From Saccharolobus islandicus REY15A (GTDB lineage Archaea > Thermoproteota > Thermoprotei_A > Sulfolobales > Sulfolobaceae): a stretch of DNA of 64,000 bases. The stretch lies in NCBI RefSeq assembly GCF_000189555.1, contig NC_017276.1; one strand, given 5' to 3'. Each line of letters starts with the position of its first letter. Within the stretch, counting starts at the first letter, position 1. A model generated the notes under the pieces. That model did no database searches and was not told the origin of the DNA. It saw only the letters and a list, made by a program, of their open reading frames with translations. Below are positions 1-9,727 of the stretch, one piece after another. The position numbers and the translations under genes were made by a program.

Positions 1-300
1 TAATTTTTCAGATGAAATTAGCAGTGTGTCACTTTAAAACTAGTATTACTTTATGCAAGCGTATTACTTTGGGTGGAATATAGGGTATTTTAAGTAGAAA
101 AACATTAGAAATTTACTGTATAACTGGGGAGTTAATTATTACCTATAATTAAAATTTTCCTGAAAAATGACCATATGACTATACTAAATCATTTCTATAC
201 GGTCACGTCACCTACTGATAATGGCGAATTATTTTTAGAGTCTATAACTGTTAAGATTCTAACAGTTTTGAAAAAGATTAATAAGTAACTTTTTTTTAAC
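1..300. other. Replication origin region (oriC2-like) upstream of cdc6-3
   Basis: AT-rich non-coding stretch directly upstream of the cdc6-3 locus. Mini-ORB-like dyad TTTCAGATGAAA at 6-17, similar ATTTTCCTGAAAAAT at 154-168, direct repeat GTATTACTTT at 43-52 and 61-70. Sulfolobus oriC2 is known to lie next to cdc6-3. The origin probably extends left of the window. Confidence 0.7.
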
Positions 301-308
301 TTAAATAT

Positions 309-611
309 GTGTCAATAGTAATCAGACGTATGTTTATAAAGTCTACCTTAGCCGTCTCTTTTTCAATATCGTATTTATTGTATATTATTGCTAAGATATC
401 TTTCGGATCTGGTAAACTCGCCTTTATTATAGCATTGTTACAATTATATCCTTATTTCCTAATCGATTATTTGCCTACAGTACAAGTTGTTTCGTTGTTC
501 TTACAATCTCTTTTATTACTTCTTTTCGCTATTTTCATTTTATTGATTACTTACATGTTATTTTTATTCTACAAATTATACAAAATGGTAAAAACTTCAA
601 TTTTGAAGTAA
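309..611 (+). CDS. Small hydrophobic (about 3 TM) hypothetical protein
   Basis: 100-aa ORF, GTG start, almost entirely hydrophobic, no recognisable motif; could be spurious in AT-rich DNA. Confidence 0.4.
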   Translation: MSIVIRRMFIKSTLAVSFSISYLLYIIAKISFGSGKLAFIIALLQLYPYFLIDYLPTVQVVSLFLQSLLLLLFAIFILLITYMLFLFYKLYKMVKTSILK

Positions 612-685
612 TATTGATATAACTTGTGGTCTAGATATTACCAATACAGTCATAGGAAACAGGTTTAACAGTAGAAACATTAGAA

Positions 686-1873
686 GTGAATGTGATAAGG
701 GAAACATTGAAAGGTGGTAAAGGTGAAGTTATAAAAAACCCTAAGGTCTTTATTGATCCGTTATCTGTATTTAAGGAGATTCCGTTCAGAGAGGATATAC
801 TAAGGGATGCTGCAATAGCTATTAGGTATTTTGTTAAGAATGAGGTCAAGTTTTCGAACTTGTTTCTTGGATTAACCGGTACTGGGAAGACTTTCGTAAG
901 TAAATACATCTATAACGAGATTGAGGAGGTTAAGAATGAGGATGAGGAATATAAGGATGTAAAACAAGCTTATGTTAATTGTAGAGAAGTTGGTGGAACA
1001 CCACAAGCAGTATTATCATCCTTAGCTGGTAAGCTGACTGGTTTTTCAGTGCCTAAGCATGGTATTAATCTAGGTGAGTACATTGATAAGATAAAGAATG
1101 GTACTAGGAACATAAAGGCCATAATATATCTTGACGAGGTTGACACATTAGTTAAGAGGAGAGGGGGAGATATAGTACTTTATCAACTGCTAAGGTCAGA
1201 TGCTAATATATCAGTTATTATGATTAGTAATGACATAAATGTTCGTGACTATATGGAGCCTAGAGTTTTATCATCCTTAGGTCCTTCAGTTATCTTTAAA
1301 CCTTACGACGCAGAACAACTGAAATTTATCCTTTCAAAGTACGCAGAATACGGTTTAATAAAAGGTACCTATGATGGTGATATACTGGGTTATATTGCAG
1401 CTATCTCTGCTAAAGAACATGGTGATGCAAGAAAGGCAGTCAATTTGCTTTTCAGAGCAGCTCAGCTAGCTTCCGGTGGGGGGATGATTAAAAAGGAGCA
1501 CGTAGATAAGGCGATCGTAGATTATGAACAAGAGAGGCTTATAGAGGCCGTAAAAGCCCTTCCTTTTCACTATAAATTAGCTTTAAGAAGTCTAATAGAG
1601 TCAGAAGATGTGATGTCTGCTCACAAAATGTATACTGATCTTTGTAATAAGTTCAAACAAAAGCCTTTATCGTATAGAAGATTTTCAGACATAATATCGG
1701 AGTTGGATATGTTTGGGATAGTTAAGATAAGGATAGTTAATAGGGGTAGAGCTGGTGGAGTTAAGAAGTATGCTTTAGTGGAAGATAAGGAGAAGGTGTT
1801 AAGGGCACTTAATGAGACTTTTGAAGATAGTATTGGTATTGGTGATTTTGTTGATGATGTGGGAGAAAATTAA
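686..1873 (+). CDS. cdc6-3: Orc1/Cdc6 replication initiator, Cdc6-3 (Orc1-3)
   Basis: Walker [13 protein letters not shown] motif, Walker B IYLDEVD, GDAR sensor, C-terminal winged helix ([17 protein letters not shown]...GRAGG); sequence matches my recollection of Sulfolobus Orc1-3. Confidence 0.95.
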   Translation: MNVIRETLKGGKGEVIKNPKVFIDPLSVFKEIPFREDILRDAAIAIRYFVKNEVKFSNLFLGLTGTGKTFVSKYIYNEIEEVKNEDEEYKDVKQAYVNCREVGGTPQAVLSSLAGKLTGFSVPKHGINLGEYIDKIKNGTRNIKAIIYLDEVDTLVKRRGGDIVLYQLLRSDANISVIMISNDINVRDYMEPRVLSSLGPSVIFKPYDAEQLKFILSKYAEYGLIKGTYDGDILGYIAAISAKEHGDARKAVNLLFRAAQLASGGGMIKKEHVDKAIVDYEQERLIEAVKALPFHYKLALRSLIESEDVMSAHKMYTDLCNKFKQKPLSYRRFSDIISELDMFGIVKIRIVNRGRAGGVKKYALVEDKEKVLRALNETFEDSIGIGDFVDDVGEN

Positions 1874-2174
1874 GAGGCTAGAAGAAAGATTGTATGAACT
1901 AAGAAAGGAAATTGAGGAAGTTGAAAAAGAATTAGAAGAATTACCAAGCGGACATCTTGAGGTAAAGACGATTAACGGAAATGTCTACTATTACTTAAGG
2001 TATTGGGAGGATGGTAGACTAAGAAGCAAATATATTGGCAAGTTCGCTAGTGATATTAAGGAAAAACTTTTAAAGAGCGAGCAATTAAGAAGAAGATTAA
2101 CACAATTAAAAGAGGAAGAAAAGAAGTTATCCAATATTATTGACAAAATAGAAAAGATTATTACTGATTATTAA
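1854..2174 (+). CDS. Coiled-coil protein with central [16 protein letters not shown] beta-sheet motif (DUF6788/SSV-integrase-N-like)
   Basis: ORF track 1812..2174; likelier start ATG 1854/1857 after GGTGA SD at 1841-1845; overlaps cdc6-3 end; coiled coils flank the motif. Confidence 0.7.
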   Translation: MMWEKIKRLEERLYELRKEIEEVEKELEELPSGHLEVKTINGNVYYYLRYWEDGRLRSKYIGKFASDIKEKLLKSEQLRRRLTQLKEEEKKLSNIIDKIEKIITDY

Positions 2175-2243
2175 ATATGTCCTTTTATGTACGTTTTACT
2201 TTAAGATAATCTTAAATAAACTGTTCTCTATATATATAGAATA

Positions 2244-3077
2244 GTGATACCTGTGATAATAGCATCAGCTCAGACATCGGTTTCCCAAGCGTTATCTGGG
2301 ATAGCGACTAGTATTATTGACGCAATACCTTCTATAATAGTGTTTATAATAATACTAATAATAGGTTATATAATAGCTAATATAGTATCGTATTCCATTA
2401 GGGCATTTTTAGGTAGGATCTTCAGAGAAGAACACGTTAGAGCTAGTGTTGACATTATAGCAGGTACGATAAAGACGTTAATCATATTAATTGCACTATC
2501 AATAGCTCTTTCTTTTCTACAGCTAGGAGCAGCTTCTGGATATGTTCAACAGATAGCTAATTATTTGCCTAAGTTAGCTGGGGCTATAGTACTCCTTACC
2601 ATAGGCTTAACTCTAGTTAATATTTTAGTTGATTACATGCAGAGGCAAATAGGAGCTAGATCTCAAGATGATTTAATAACTGCGATATTTAACGTTCTGA
2701 GGTTTGGTCTATATGCTGCAATAATAACTGTTGCTGCAGCCTTAGCAATTTTTAGTGTTATACCGTATGTCGATCCTTATGTATTTTATGCAGTAATATT
2801 AGGTGCAGTAATATTATACGCAGCATATGCTTTGATTGATAAAGTGCTAGTTCCCTTTGCGAACTCTAATCCAGACCTAGCCTATGTAGCAAATTATGGT
2901 AGACTGATATTGTATATAATTGTACTGCTAATTGCAATTGCTATAATAGTTGAACCCTTCGGAAACGTTACATCAATAATATACGCTTTATCATGGGGTC
3001 TAGCGATAGCTTTTGCCATAGCATTAATTCCTCTAGTTATAGCTTTAGTAAAGAAATTCTTAGCAGAAATTAAGTGA
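2244..3077 (+). CDS. Polytopic membrane protein with conserved TM-helix repeats (MscS TM-like/CmpX-like)
   Basis: Three repeats of type LPKLAGAIVLLxIG..VNILVD; about 7-8 TM helices; no MscS cytoplasmic domain. Confidence 0.7.
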   Translation: MIPVIIASAQTSVSQALSGIATSIIDAIPSIIVFIIILIIGYIIANIVSYSIRAFLGRIFREEHVRASVDIIAGTIKTLIILIALSIALSFLQLGAASGYVQQIANYLPKLAGAIVLLTIGLTLVNILVDYMQRQIGARSQDDLITAIFNVLRFGLYAAIITVAAALAIFSVIPYVDPYVFYAVILGAVILYAAYALIDKVLVPFANSNPDLAYVANYGRLILYIIVLLIAIAIIVEPFGNVTSIIYALSWGLAIAFAIALIPLVIALVKKFLAEIK

Positions 3078-3124
3078 TTCTTTATAACAAGCTATTTTTT
3101 AACTCTCGTTTACTTATATTTTTT

Positions 3125-3424
3125 ATGAGTGGAATTTCCTCGAAGGGACTAGAGGAACTTAAAAATAACGGTTGGTTAATATTAGAGGATGGGAAGAAGA
3201 TTAAGAAGGAATTTAGGTTTAAGGATTTTAAGCAATCAATAGATTTCTTGAAAGATATACAACCATCAGCTGATGCTTTAGATCATCATCCTGATGTTTG
3301 TATCTATTATAATAGAGTAATAGTGGAGTTAACAACCCATGATATGGGAGGATTAACAGATCTTGACTATAAATTGGCTATAAAAATTGATGAACTTTAT
3401 AAAATGAAAACTAGTAATTTATAG
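3125..3424 (+). CDS. Pterin-4-alpha-carbinolamine dehydratase
   Basis: FKDF...HHPD...V.LTTHD.GGLTDLD signature; likely start ATG 3125 (track 3074). Confidence 0.92.
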   Translation: MSGISSKGLEELKNNGWLILEDGKKIKKEFRFKDFKQSIDFLKDIQPSADALDHHPDVCIYYNRVIVELTTHDMGGLTDLDYKLAIKIDELYKMKTSNL

Positions 3425-3491
3425 TAAGAATTGACGTGTAAAATGACAATAGCGTTTTTGTACATTAATGCTTGTACTATTTATCAAAATT

Positions 3492-4001
3492 TTAAGAAGT
3501 TAGAAAGAACTCAATACGTTCTCTTCCACCAACTTTAACTCCTTTATTTACTTTTATCTTTAGGAAGTTTTCTAATATACTTATTTGACCTTTCATTTTA
3601 ACGTTTAGTATTTTTCCCGGCAATCTCCATATTGCCTCATATGGATATTCCGTGATCTCCTCCTCATAGAAGTTTTCGTACACGTTTAATCCTTTCCTTA
3701 ATTTTCCCCTAAATGTTATTATAAACTCAATAACGGGATGGGTTATATCTAAAAGGAAAATGTCTGTACTAACTACTTTAGCCCTTGTTGATCTATCGTT
3801 TATTATTATTTTTTCCACATCTAAAAAACTCTGCATGTTTCCCTTAACTACCTCTATCTCTTTATCCAGCATTTCCCTTGTTAGACTTGCGTAATAATTT
3901 TCAGGATCGTAATAGTAGAAAAAAGTGTATTGCGTTACGTTACCTAACTTATCCATAACGAAATTTCCTAAGCTGAATATCGGAGTTATTTTTTCGCTCA
4001 T
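3492..4001 (-). CDS. Hypothetical protein
   Basis: ORF track 3492..4070; ATG at 4001 overlaps the upstream stop (ATGA), the likely true start. Confidence 0.7.
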   Translation of the reverse strand: MSEKITPIFSLGNFVMDKLGNVTQYTFFYYYDPENYYASLTREMLDKEIEVVKGNMQSFLDVEKIIINDRSTRAKVVSTDIFLLDITHPVIEFIITFRGKLRKGLNVYENFYEEEITEYPYEAIWRLPGKILNVKMKGQISILENFLKIKVNKGVKVGGRERIEFFLTS

Positions 4002-4711
4002 CTTTTCCTCCTTTTCCGCCCTATCTCTACTTGCAAATAGGGCTGTAAAACTTCTTTTAGTGCTGGACATTCATTTAACTTTCGTTTTAACTCAGTTAGG
4101 AAACAGCATAGCGCTCCTAATCTCTCCATACTTGTAAACTTTATCGAGTTCTGTGGTCTCTCAGTGGATATTGTTAAGAATTTGGCTTGTCCAGATAATG
4201 CCTTTAAGTAGAGTTTTCCCGTAGAAGCTAATTCCGTAGTTGTCCATTTTCCCTCAGTGGATTCTGGTAATTTTATTTCATTCCAAGAAATGTTATTGCA
4301 CTCAGTTTGACATTCAAATTCCTCATCTGTACTAATTAAGTCTACAACCTCTGCCTCTGCAATCTGTGCTGTGGGTGATAAGAAGTTTGATGTAGCAGTT
4401 TTCAATTCCTCTTTTTGATATGCACAACATGCCAGAGTTTGTAATTCATCCACCATTTCGAAATCTCTTAGATTTATGTTATTTGTCCCTCTTACAGTGG
4501 ATATTGTGAGTAATGTAATTGAATTAGGAAGCATGAGTACTTCGAATTTAAAATAATTTGAATCAGCTATTCTTATAATATAGGTTTTGTTTTCTTCATT
4601 AGATAACTTTCTAAAACTTTCAAATTTCTCTCGAAGGAGGGTAGAATCACAGTTAGGTACAAGAAATGAGAAACCTCTTATTTCTCTTATCGACTTCGTT
4701 GAACACTTCAT
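3998..4711 (-). CDS. Hypothetical protein
   Basis: 237-aa ORF, ATG start, translationally coupled to the downstream gene; no recognised motif. Confidence 0.7.
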   Translation of the reverse strand: MKCSTKSIREIRGFSFLVPNCDSTLLREKFESFRKLSNEENKTYIIRIADSNYFKFEVLMLPNSITLLTISTVRGTNNINLRDFEMVDELQTLACCAYQKEELKTATSNFLSPTAQIAEAEVVDLISTDEEFECQTECNNISWNEIKLPESTEGKWTTTELASTGKLYLKALSGQAKFLTISTERPQNSIKFTSMERLGALCCFLTELKRKLNECPALKEVLQPYLQVEIGRKRRKR

Positions 4712-4744
4712 CGTGTATATTATACACTATTAAGGTATTTAACT

Positions 4745-5572
4745 TTAAGAGCTATCCAGTTCGTTAGCTTTTCGAATATCAGCATATGCTTCATCTTCTC
4801 TTCCTAATTTCATTAGAGATTTAGCTCTCCTTACGTACGCACTTCTATATAATGGATTGATATTGATCGTTTTCGAGTACATATCCACTGCTTCTTGTAA
4901 TAATCCCCTACTTTCCTTTAATTCTCCTAAACTAAAGTATACTTCTGCATAGTATGGGTTTAGATTAATTGCCATTTCCAAATCACTTTCAGCCTCCTTA
5001 TAGTTTCCTAATCCTCTTTGAGCCAAAGCCCTATAAAAGTACAATTCAGCGTCAGTAGGATATTTCTCAATTGCAAAACTTAAGTCAATTATAGCATCAT
5101 TATATCTGCCTAATTTAAGTTCCGAGATTCCCCTTATCTTATATATTAAAGGATCCTCATCTTCTATAGTCTTAGTCTCATCTAGGGCTTTTTCATAGTT
5201 TTCCAATTTTAAATAAATTAGTCCTCTTAGTTTACTAGACTCCTTCGAATTATCATCTAAATATGTTAGTGCATCTCTATAAAGTCCTTGAGCTATAAGT
5301 ACTTTTGCCATTCCAATTTTATCTTCAGCCTTCTGAAAATTCTCGTAAGCCTCTTGTAGTTTCCCTAGTTCAAAGAGTATTTTCCCTTTTAGGGAGTAGG
5401 CTTCCTTTAGATCTGGATCCTGGGTGATTAACTCATCTAATAATTTTAATGCGTAATTTAAGTTCCTGTTTTTATATTGGGTATAAGCTTCCTTTAGGCT
5501 CATACTCTCACTTAATATATCAATTAATCTTTTTGGTAAAATAAGCATTTTATACGATCTTGCAAACTTCAT
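4745..5572 (-). CDS. Tetratricopeptide repeat protein
   Basis: Multiple TPR motifs (AYSLKGKILFELGKLQEAYENF; LYFYRALAQRGLGNYKEAESDL; VYFSLGELKESRGLLQEAVDMY). Confidence 0.92.
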   Translation of the reverse strand: MKFARSYKMLILPKRLIDILSESMSLKEAYTQYKNRNLNYALKLLDELITQDPDLKEAYSLKGKILFELGKLQEAYENFQKAEDKIGMAKVLIAQGLYRDALTYLDDNSKESSKLRGLIYLKLENYEKALDETKTIEDEDPLIYKIRGISELKLGRYNDAIIDLSFAIEKYPTDAELYFYRALAQRGLGNYKEAESDLEMAINLNPYYAEVYFSLGELKESRGLLQEAVDMYSKTININPLYRSAYVRRAKSLMKLGREDEAYADIRKANELDSS

Positions 5573-5632
5573 TACGGTTAAACAGTTACAAATACAAAAA
5601 TCGTGTAATGAGGCAAAGGTTTGATACGTTCT

Positions 5633-5662
5633 TAACCTAAAATTGAATTTACTTTTAGGTTA
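5633..5662. promoter_or_regulatory. Perfect 10-bp inverted repeat, candidate operator
   Basis: TAACCTAAAA (5633-5642) N10 TTTTAGGTTA (5653-5662), 60-90 bp upstream of the TPR gene. Confidence 0.45.
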
Positions 5663-6036
5663 CGTCAGAATGAGAATCAGAAGTATTATGAATATTCTCT
5701 ATTTAGATACGTATTGCACTTAAGAAGTTAAATTAAAAAGACAACAACTCATTAGTGATTTGTAGAAGGAGTTTTAGGGACGTTATAATTAGTCCAATAT
5801 CGTAGATTTCTGTATTGAATTCAACATTAACCGGCACATGAAAATGTTTTTGAATTCACGTATTCTTTCACGACATGCATTAAACGAAGCAATAAGAGTA
5901 TTCATGTATAACATGTCTGTATATTCATATAAGATTTCGAAGAAAAGTATTTTAGCATGTTATGTTTTATGGGCATCTACTCTTGTCAACTGTGATGTGA
6001 GTCGATAGGAGAGATTCTTTAGCCTGAAAGTAATCA

Positions 6037-6085
6037 TCAGAACCGAGTTCGTTCTTCATCAGTCAAGATATGCCAGGTTCATCAT
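6037..6085 (-). ncRNA. Box C/D guide sRNA candidate overlapping the 3' end of the GGCT gene
   Basis: C ATGATGA (6085-6079), guide ACCTGGCATATC, D' TTGA, C' TGATGA, guide AGAACGAACTCGGTT, D CTGA (6040-6037). Confidence 0.7.
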
Positions 6086-6893
6086 ATAATCCAGTGCTAA
6101 CGCACTCATTTCCCCATCCTCTCATTAGCCCTTCTCTAATCATTTTTAGGTACTCTTCGCTTGGTTTCTCCCTATCATCTTTGTGGCTTGAGACGTAGGC
6201 ATATGCAAAATACTCCTTCCCATTTCTATCGTAAACTTTCACAACTTCTCTAATATACTTTATTAGGTGTTGTTCGGCTTTATCTAAGGAGTTTAAAGTA
6301 TGAAGAAACACCTTTTGCAAATATCCACATATTATGCCGTTTTCGTCTTCTAGTAGGTTTGCGCAATAACCGTATTTGCAAGGTACGTTAAATATCAGCC
6401 TATAGCCTTTCATATAGGCTGGAATTTCACTTAACATTATGTCAACTCCACGCTGACGTAAAATCTTCTCATTAGTATTTTCAGCATACGCAAAATAGTT
6501 CACAATTATGGGCATTCCGCTCCACGCCGAGTAATCACCGTCTTCTATTTTCTCCATATCGTTTGCTATTTCTCTGTTGTATCTGTAAAAATATACATTA
6601 TCTAAGTAATATTTTCTTTTCTGATCAAAATATACCCTAGTTTTTTCTCTTACATATAAGTCATCTGGGGATCCTTTATAATCCTCTACTTCATCAAGTA
6701 ATTTAATTAACTTTTCATCTATCTCATAAACTTCTCCCCAAACTATACCATCACCTTTAATTATACCTGGGTAATTTCCTAAATCGTACATTTCATAACC
6801 TTCTATATAACCTAAGCCTATAAACCTTGATTTAGATACTAGATGATTTAGCTCGAAACCATATCTTAAACTTCCATATACGAATAGGTACAT
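6063..6893 (-). CDS. Gamma-glutamylcyclotransferase (AIG2-like), two tandem domains
   Basis: LFVYGSL..G and VWGEVY..LDEVE in domain 1; YFAYAEN and G.L...LDKAE in domain 2. Confidence 0.88.
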   Translation of the reverse strand: MYLFVYGSLRYGFELNHLVSKSRFIGLGYIEGYEMYDLGNYPGIIKGDGIVWGEVYEIDEKLIKLLDEVEDYKGSPDDLYVREKTRVYFDQKRKYYLDNVYFYRYNREIANDMEKIEDGDYSAWSGMPIIVNYFAYAENTNEKILRQRGVDIMLSEIPAYMKGYRLIFNVPCKYGYCANLLEDENGIICGYLQKVFLHTLNSLDKAEQHLIKYIREVVKVYDRNGKEYFAYAYVSSHKDDREKPSEEYLKMIREGLMRGWGNECVSTGLYDEPGIS

Positions 6894-6895
6894 AA

Positions 6896-7186
6896 CTATT
6901 CACCTAAAAATGACTCTAACCAAAGTTCAACTTCATCTATGTTTAAAACTTTTATGGGTTTATCGTTTTCCATGAGCGTTGTAGAATCGTAGTATGCTAA
7001 TCCATTTCTTATCTTAAACTTTATAACATAGTATCGTTGATTTGGAATCTCTCCTTCTCCTCCTGCTTCTTCTATCGTTGGTGGGTAAAATATTGCTAGC
7101 AATTCTTCTCCGTTTTCCCTAACGTCAAAACCTCTTCTAGTAAGCATATCTATCAATTTTTTATACTCTACTGGTTTCAATATCAC
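6896..7186 (-). CDS. Hypothetical protein
   Basis: 96-aa ORF in operon context between the NfeD-like and GGCT genes. Confidence 0.7.
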   Translation of the reverse strand: MILKPVEYKKLIDMLTRRGFDVRENGEELLAIFYPPTIEEAGGEGEIPNQRYYVIKFKIRNGLAYYDSTTLMENDKPIKVLNIDEVELWLESFLGE

Positions 7187-7535
7187 TCACCTTCTTTTTC
7201 ACCATCAGTTTCATCCCCTCTCTTCTCACTACTACTATATCTTCGTTTTTCTTTATATCCTCTAGAGCTAAGGCTCGCCAATACTCACCCTCTACTATTA
7301 CATACCCTTCTTGTCCAGATTTTATATCATCAACTGCTTTTCCAATTTTTCCCTCATAGGAGTATAAGTTTCTTCCTCTAGTTTTTATAACAACATTAAT
7401 AACTCGATATGTTAAGAAACCTAGTAGGGCCAACGTTGGAATATCTATTATAGGGTCGGATATGTAACCAGTAATGACTAAAATTGCGATTAAAACTGCG
7501 ATAATTATCAAGGTGATTGCTACTGGATGTGCCAC
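7161..7535 (-). CDS. Short NfeD-family protein (2 TM + OB domain)
   Basis: Two TM helices, then G.AVDDI..G.V.VEGEYWRA....I.K...V.V.R.EG.KL.V, the NfeD C-terminal pattern. Confidence 0.85.
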   Translation of the reverse strand: MAHPVAITLIIIAVLIAILVITGYISDPIIDIPTLALLGFLTYRVINVVIKTRGRNLYSYEGKIGKAVDDIKSGQEGYVIVEGEYWRALALEDIKKNEDIVVVRREGMKLMVKKKVSDIETSRV

Positions 7536-7567
7536 AGATTTTTTATTAGCTTAATTGGTATATATTT

Positions 7568-8899
7568 GTGATGTATAAGGTTCTGCTCATAATAATTCTA
7601 TTGTTGCCATTATCAATGCCCTTAACAATACATACCATTTCACAACCTTCTTCGCTGGCTTTTCCGTCTGGAGTAACCAGTTATCCTTTGAATACACTAA
7701 TCTATACAGATTTCGTTATGGGTAAGATCAATATTTCATATTTAAATATAGGTAGCTCATATTTACCTGGAGGAGAATATTTCACTACTGGGAATGCATC
7801 TCTTCAGTTAAATGCTATGGTATTAGGAAAATATTGGGCACAAAATGTAATCCTATTTCATCAAATATCAAATAATACCTTTTATGCCACACTAATAGTA
7901 AATCTTTGGAATCTTTCCGGTCCCTTTAGTAATACAACAGGAAATTCGTTAGTATATCAAGGCCTTGGTGTAATTTGTTATCAAGGTCCAACGTTCAAGG
8001 TAAATTTACCTCTTTCCATAAGTCTATTTATGGAAATAGTTAATTCTACATTAGACTTTGGATATAATATAAATGGAGAAAGGGGGATTTACTTCAGATA
8101 TCCCCTAATAGGCTTATTCCAGTTAGGTGGTCTTTCATTACTAGGGTTGCCAAATGATCTAGAGTTAGTTTGGGGAGGACCAGGTGGTGGAAGTGTGGTT
8201 TTTATGAACGTGAGTAGTGTAGCCAATTTGTATTATTTCAATGGCAATGGTTTAAGTATTGTACCCAACGCTTACTCTATTGGATTTGATACCGCAGAGG
8301 CGGCATTTGGGGTTAAGATATACTCCACTTTTCCTAGTGTATTCTCGCCTATGGCAATTGAGACAAGTGGGCTTAACGTTCCTTCAGTATTATGGCCAAT
8401 CCCTCCCCACGTTTTGGTTAATCAGACTAGTGATAGAATTACTGTGAAATTGTCAATAAGTAATAAGTCATTGTCTGGGCAAGCGGTTTATTTGGAAACT
8501 GGATTCCCTCCTTCAGTAGTATCTTCTACACTAACAAACTCCTCTGGAATTGCGGTATTTCCTAATAACAATTATTCGTTTTACGTAGTTTATTTTCCGG
8601 GCAACTTTACGCTATCTTCGGCATATTATTTTTCCTCACCAATCCTTAATTCGCTTTCTAGCAAGTTTCATTCATACTACCAAGATTTATTGAATTTCCT
8701 TAACTCTGCCCAAAATTCCTTTAAGAAGGGTATAAAGTCTATATTGTCAAAGCAGGAGACTTCCATAACTACTACCACGTTAACTTCCACTACTTCAAGC
8801 TCTCCCCAATTTGGGGTCAACTTGTATATTATACTTTACATCTTAGCTTTTGTAATAGGTATGGTTATTTCAGCAATATTAATAAGGTTCAAATTATAG
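7568..8899 (+). CDS. Thermopsin-family (peptidase A5) membrane-anchored protease
   Basis: Signal peptide, P.G...Y, NASLQLNA, YWAQNV, DLELVWGGPGGG and TAE motifs; Thr/Ser linker and C-terminal TM. Confidence 0.85.
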   Translation: MMYKVLLIIILLLPLSMPLTIHTISQPSSLAFPSGVTSYPLNTLIYTDFVMGKINISYLNIGSSYLPGGEYFTTGNASLQLNAMVLGKYWAQNVILFHQISNNTFYATLIVNLWNLSGPFSNTTGNSLVYQGLGVICYQGPTFKVNLPLSISLFMEIVNSTLDFGYNINGERGIYFRYPLIGLFQLGGLSLLGLPNDLELVWGGPGGGSVVFMNVSSVANLYYFNGNGLSIVPNAYSIGFDTAEAAFGVKIYSTFPSVFSPMAIETSGLNVPSVLWPIPPHVLVNQTSDRITVKLSISNKSLSGQAVYLETGFPPSVVSSTLTNSSGIAVFPNNNYSFYVVYFPGNFTLSSAYYFSSPILNSLSSKFHSYYQDLLNFLNSAQNSFKKGIKSILSKQETSITTTTLTSTTSSSPQFGVNLYIILYILAFVIGMVISAILIRFKL

Positions 8900-8923
8900 T
8901 TATATATTTGGAGGTAGTAGGAT

Positions 8924-9727
8924 TTGGCAATTAATGTAGGAGACATAGTAGGCATAGTATTTCTAATCATTATAATAATCATCTTTATTGCCATGTCATT
9001 TAGAGTAGTCAGAGAATGGGAGAGAGCCGTTGTGTTGAGATTAGGGAGATTTTTAAGAATAAAAGGCCCTGGAATCATATTCCTTATACCCTTTGTTGAT
9101 AGACCATTAATAGTAGATCTAAGAGTAAATACTGTTGAGGTTCCACCTCAAACTATCTTAACTAGAGATAACGTTACTGTAAGTGTAGACGCTGTAGTGT
9201 ACTATAAAGTGGTTGACCCACAAAAAGCAGTATTAAGTGTTTACAACTATAATGTAGCAGTACTAAATTTAGCTCAAACCTCATTAAGGGATATTGTTGG
9301 ACAAATGGAATTAGATGAGCTATTAAGTAAAAGGGAAGAAATCAATAAGAGGATACAAGAAATATTAGATGTTACAACTGAAGGGTGGGGAATTAAAGTC
9401 ACCGCTGTAACTATAAGAGATATTAGATTATCTCAAGATTTGTTATCTGCTATGGCAAAGCAAGCTGAGGCAGAGAGATTAAGAAGAGCGAAGGTAATAC
9501 TAAGTGAAGGTGAGAGACAAGCTGCAAGTATTTTAGCTGACGCATCTACTTATTACAAGGATAATCCATCAGCATTACAGTTAAGGTTTTTGGAAACATT
9601 ATCAGATATTTCACAAAGAGGAGGTTTAATAATAGTAGTCCCGGCAGGAAATGAAATATACCCTACTCTAGGTACTAGTGCTGCATTATCAACTCTCTCA
9701 AAAAAGTTACAAACTGAAACCAAATAG
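8924..9727 (+). CDS. SPFH/band-7 stomatin-like protein
   Basis: N-terminal TM, VV.RLGR...GPG..FLIPF, TxDNV.V.VDA, AQTSLR..G...LDELL, AEAERxRRA, LQLRFLETL. Confidence 0.95.
   Translation: MAINVGDIVGIVFLIIIIIIFIAMSFRVVREWERAVVLRLGRFLRIKGPGIIFLIPFVDRPLIVDLRVNTVEVPPQTILTRDNVTVSVDAVVYYKVVDPQKAVLSVYNYNVAVLNLAQTSLRDIVGQMELDELLSKREEINKRIQEILDVTTEGWGIKVTAVTIRDIRLSQDLLSAMAKQAEAERLRRAKVILSEGERQAASILADASTYYKDNPSALQLRFLETLSDISQRGGLIIVVPAGNEIYPTLGTSAALSTLSKKLQTETK

Noticed and set aside
5992-6027. Plus-strand GTGATGT...CTGA, possible C/D sRNA
   Set aside because: Only 36 nt with no internal D'/C' boxes; the minus-strand candidate at 6037-6085 is far more canonical
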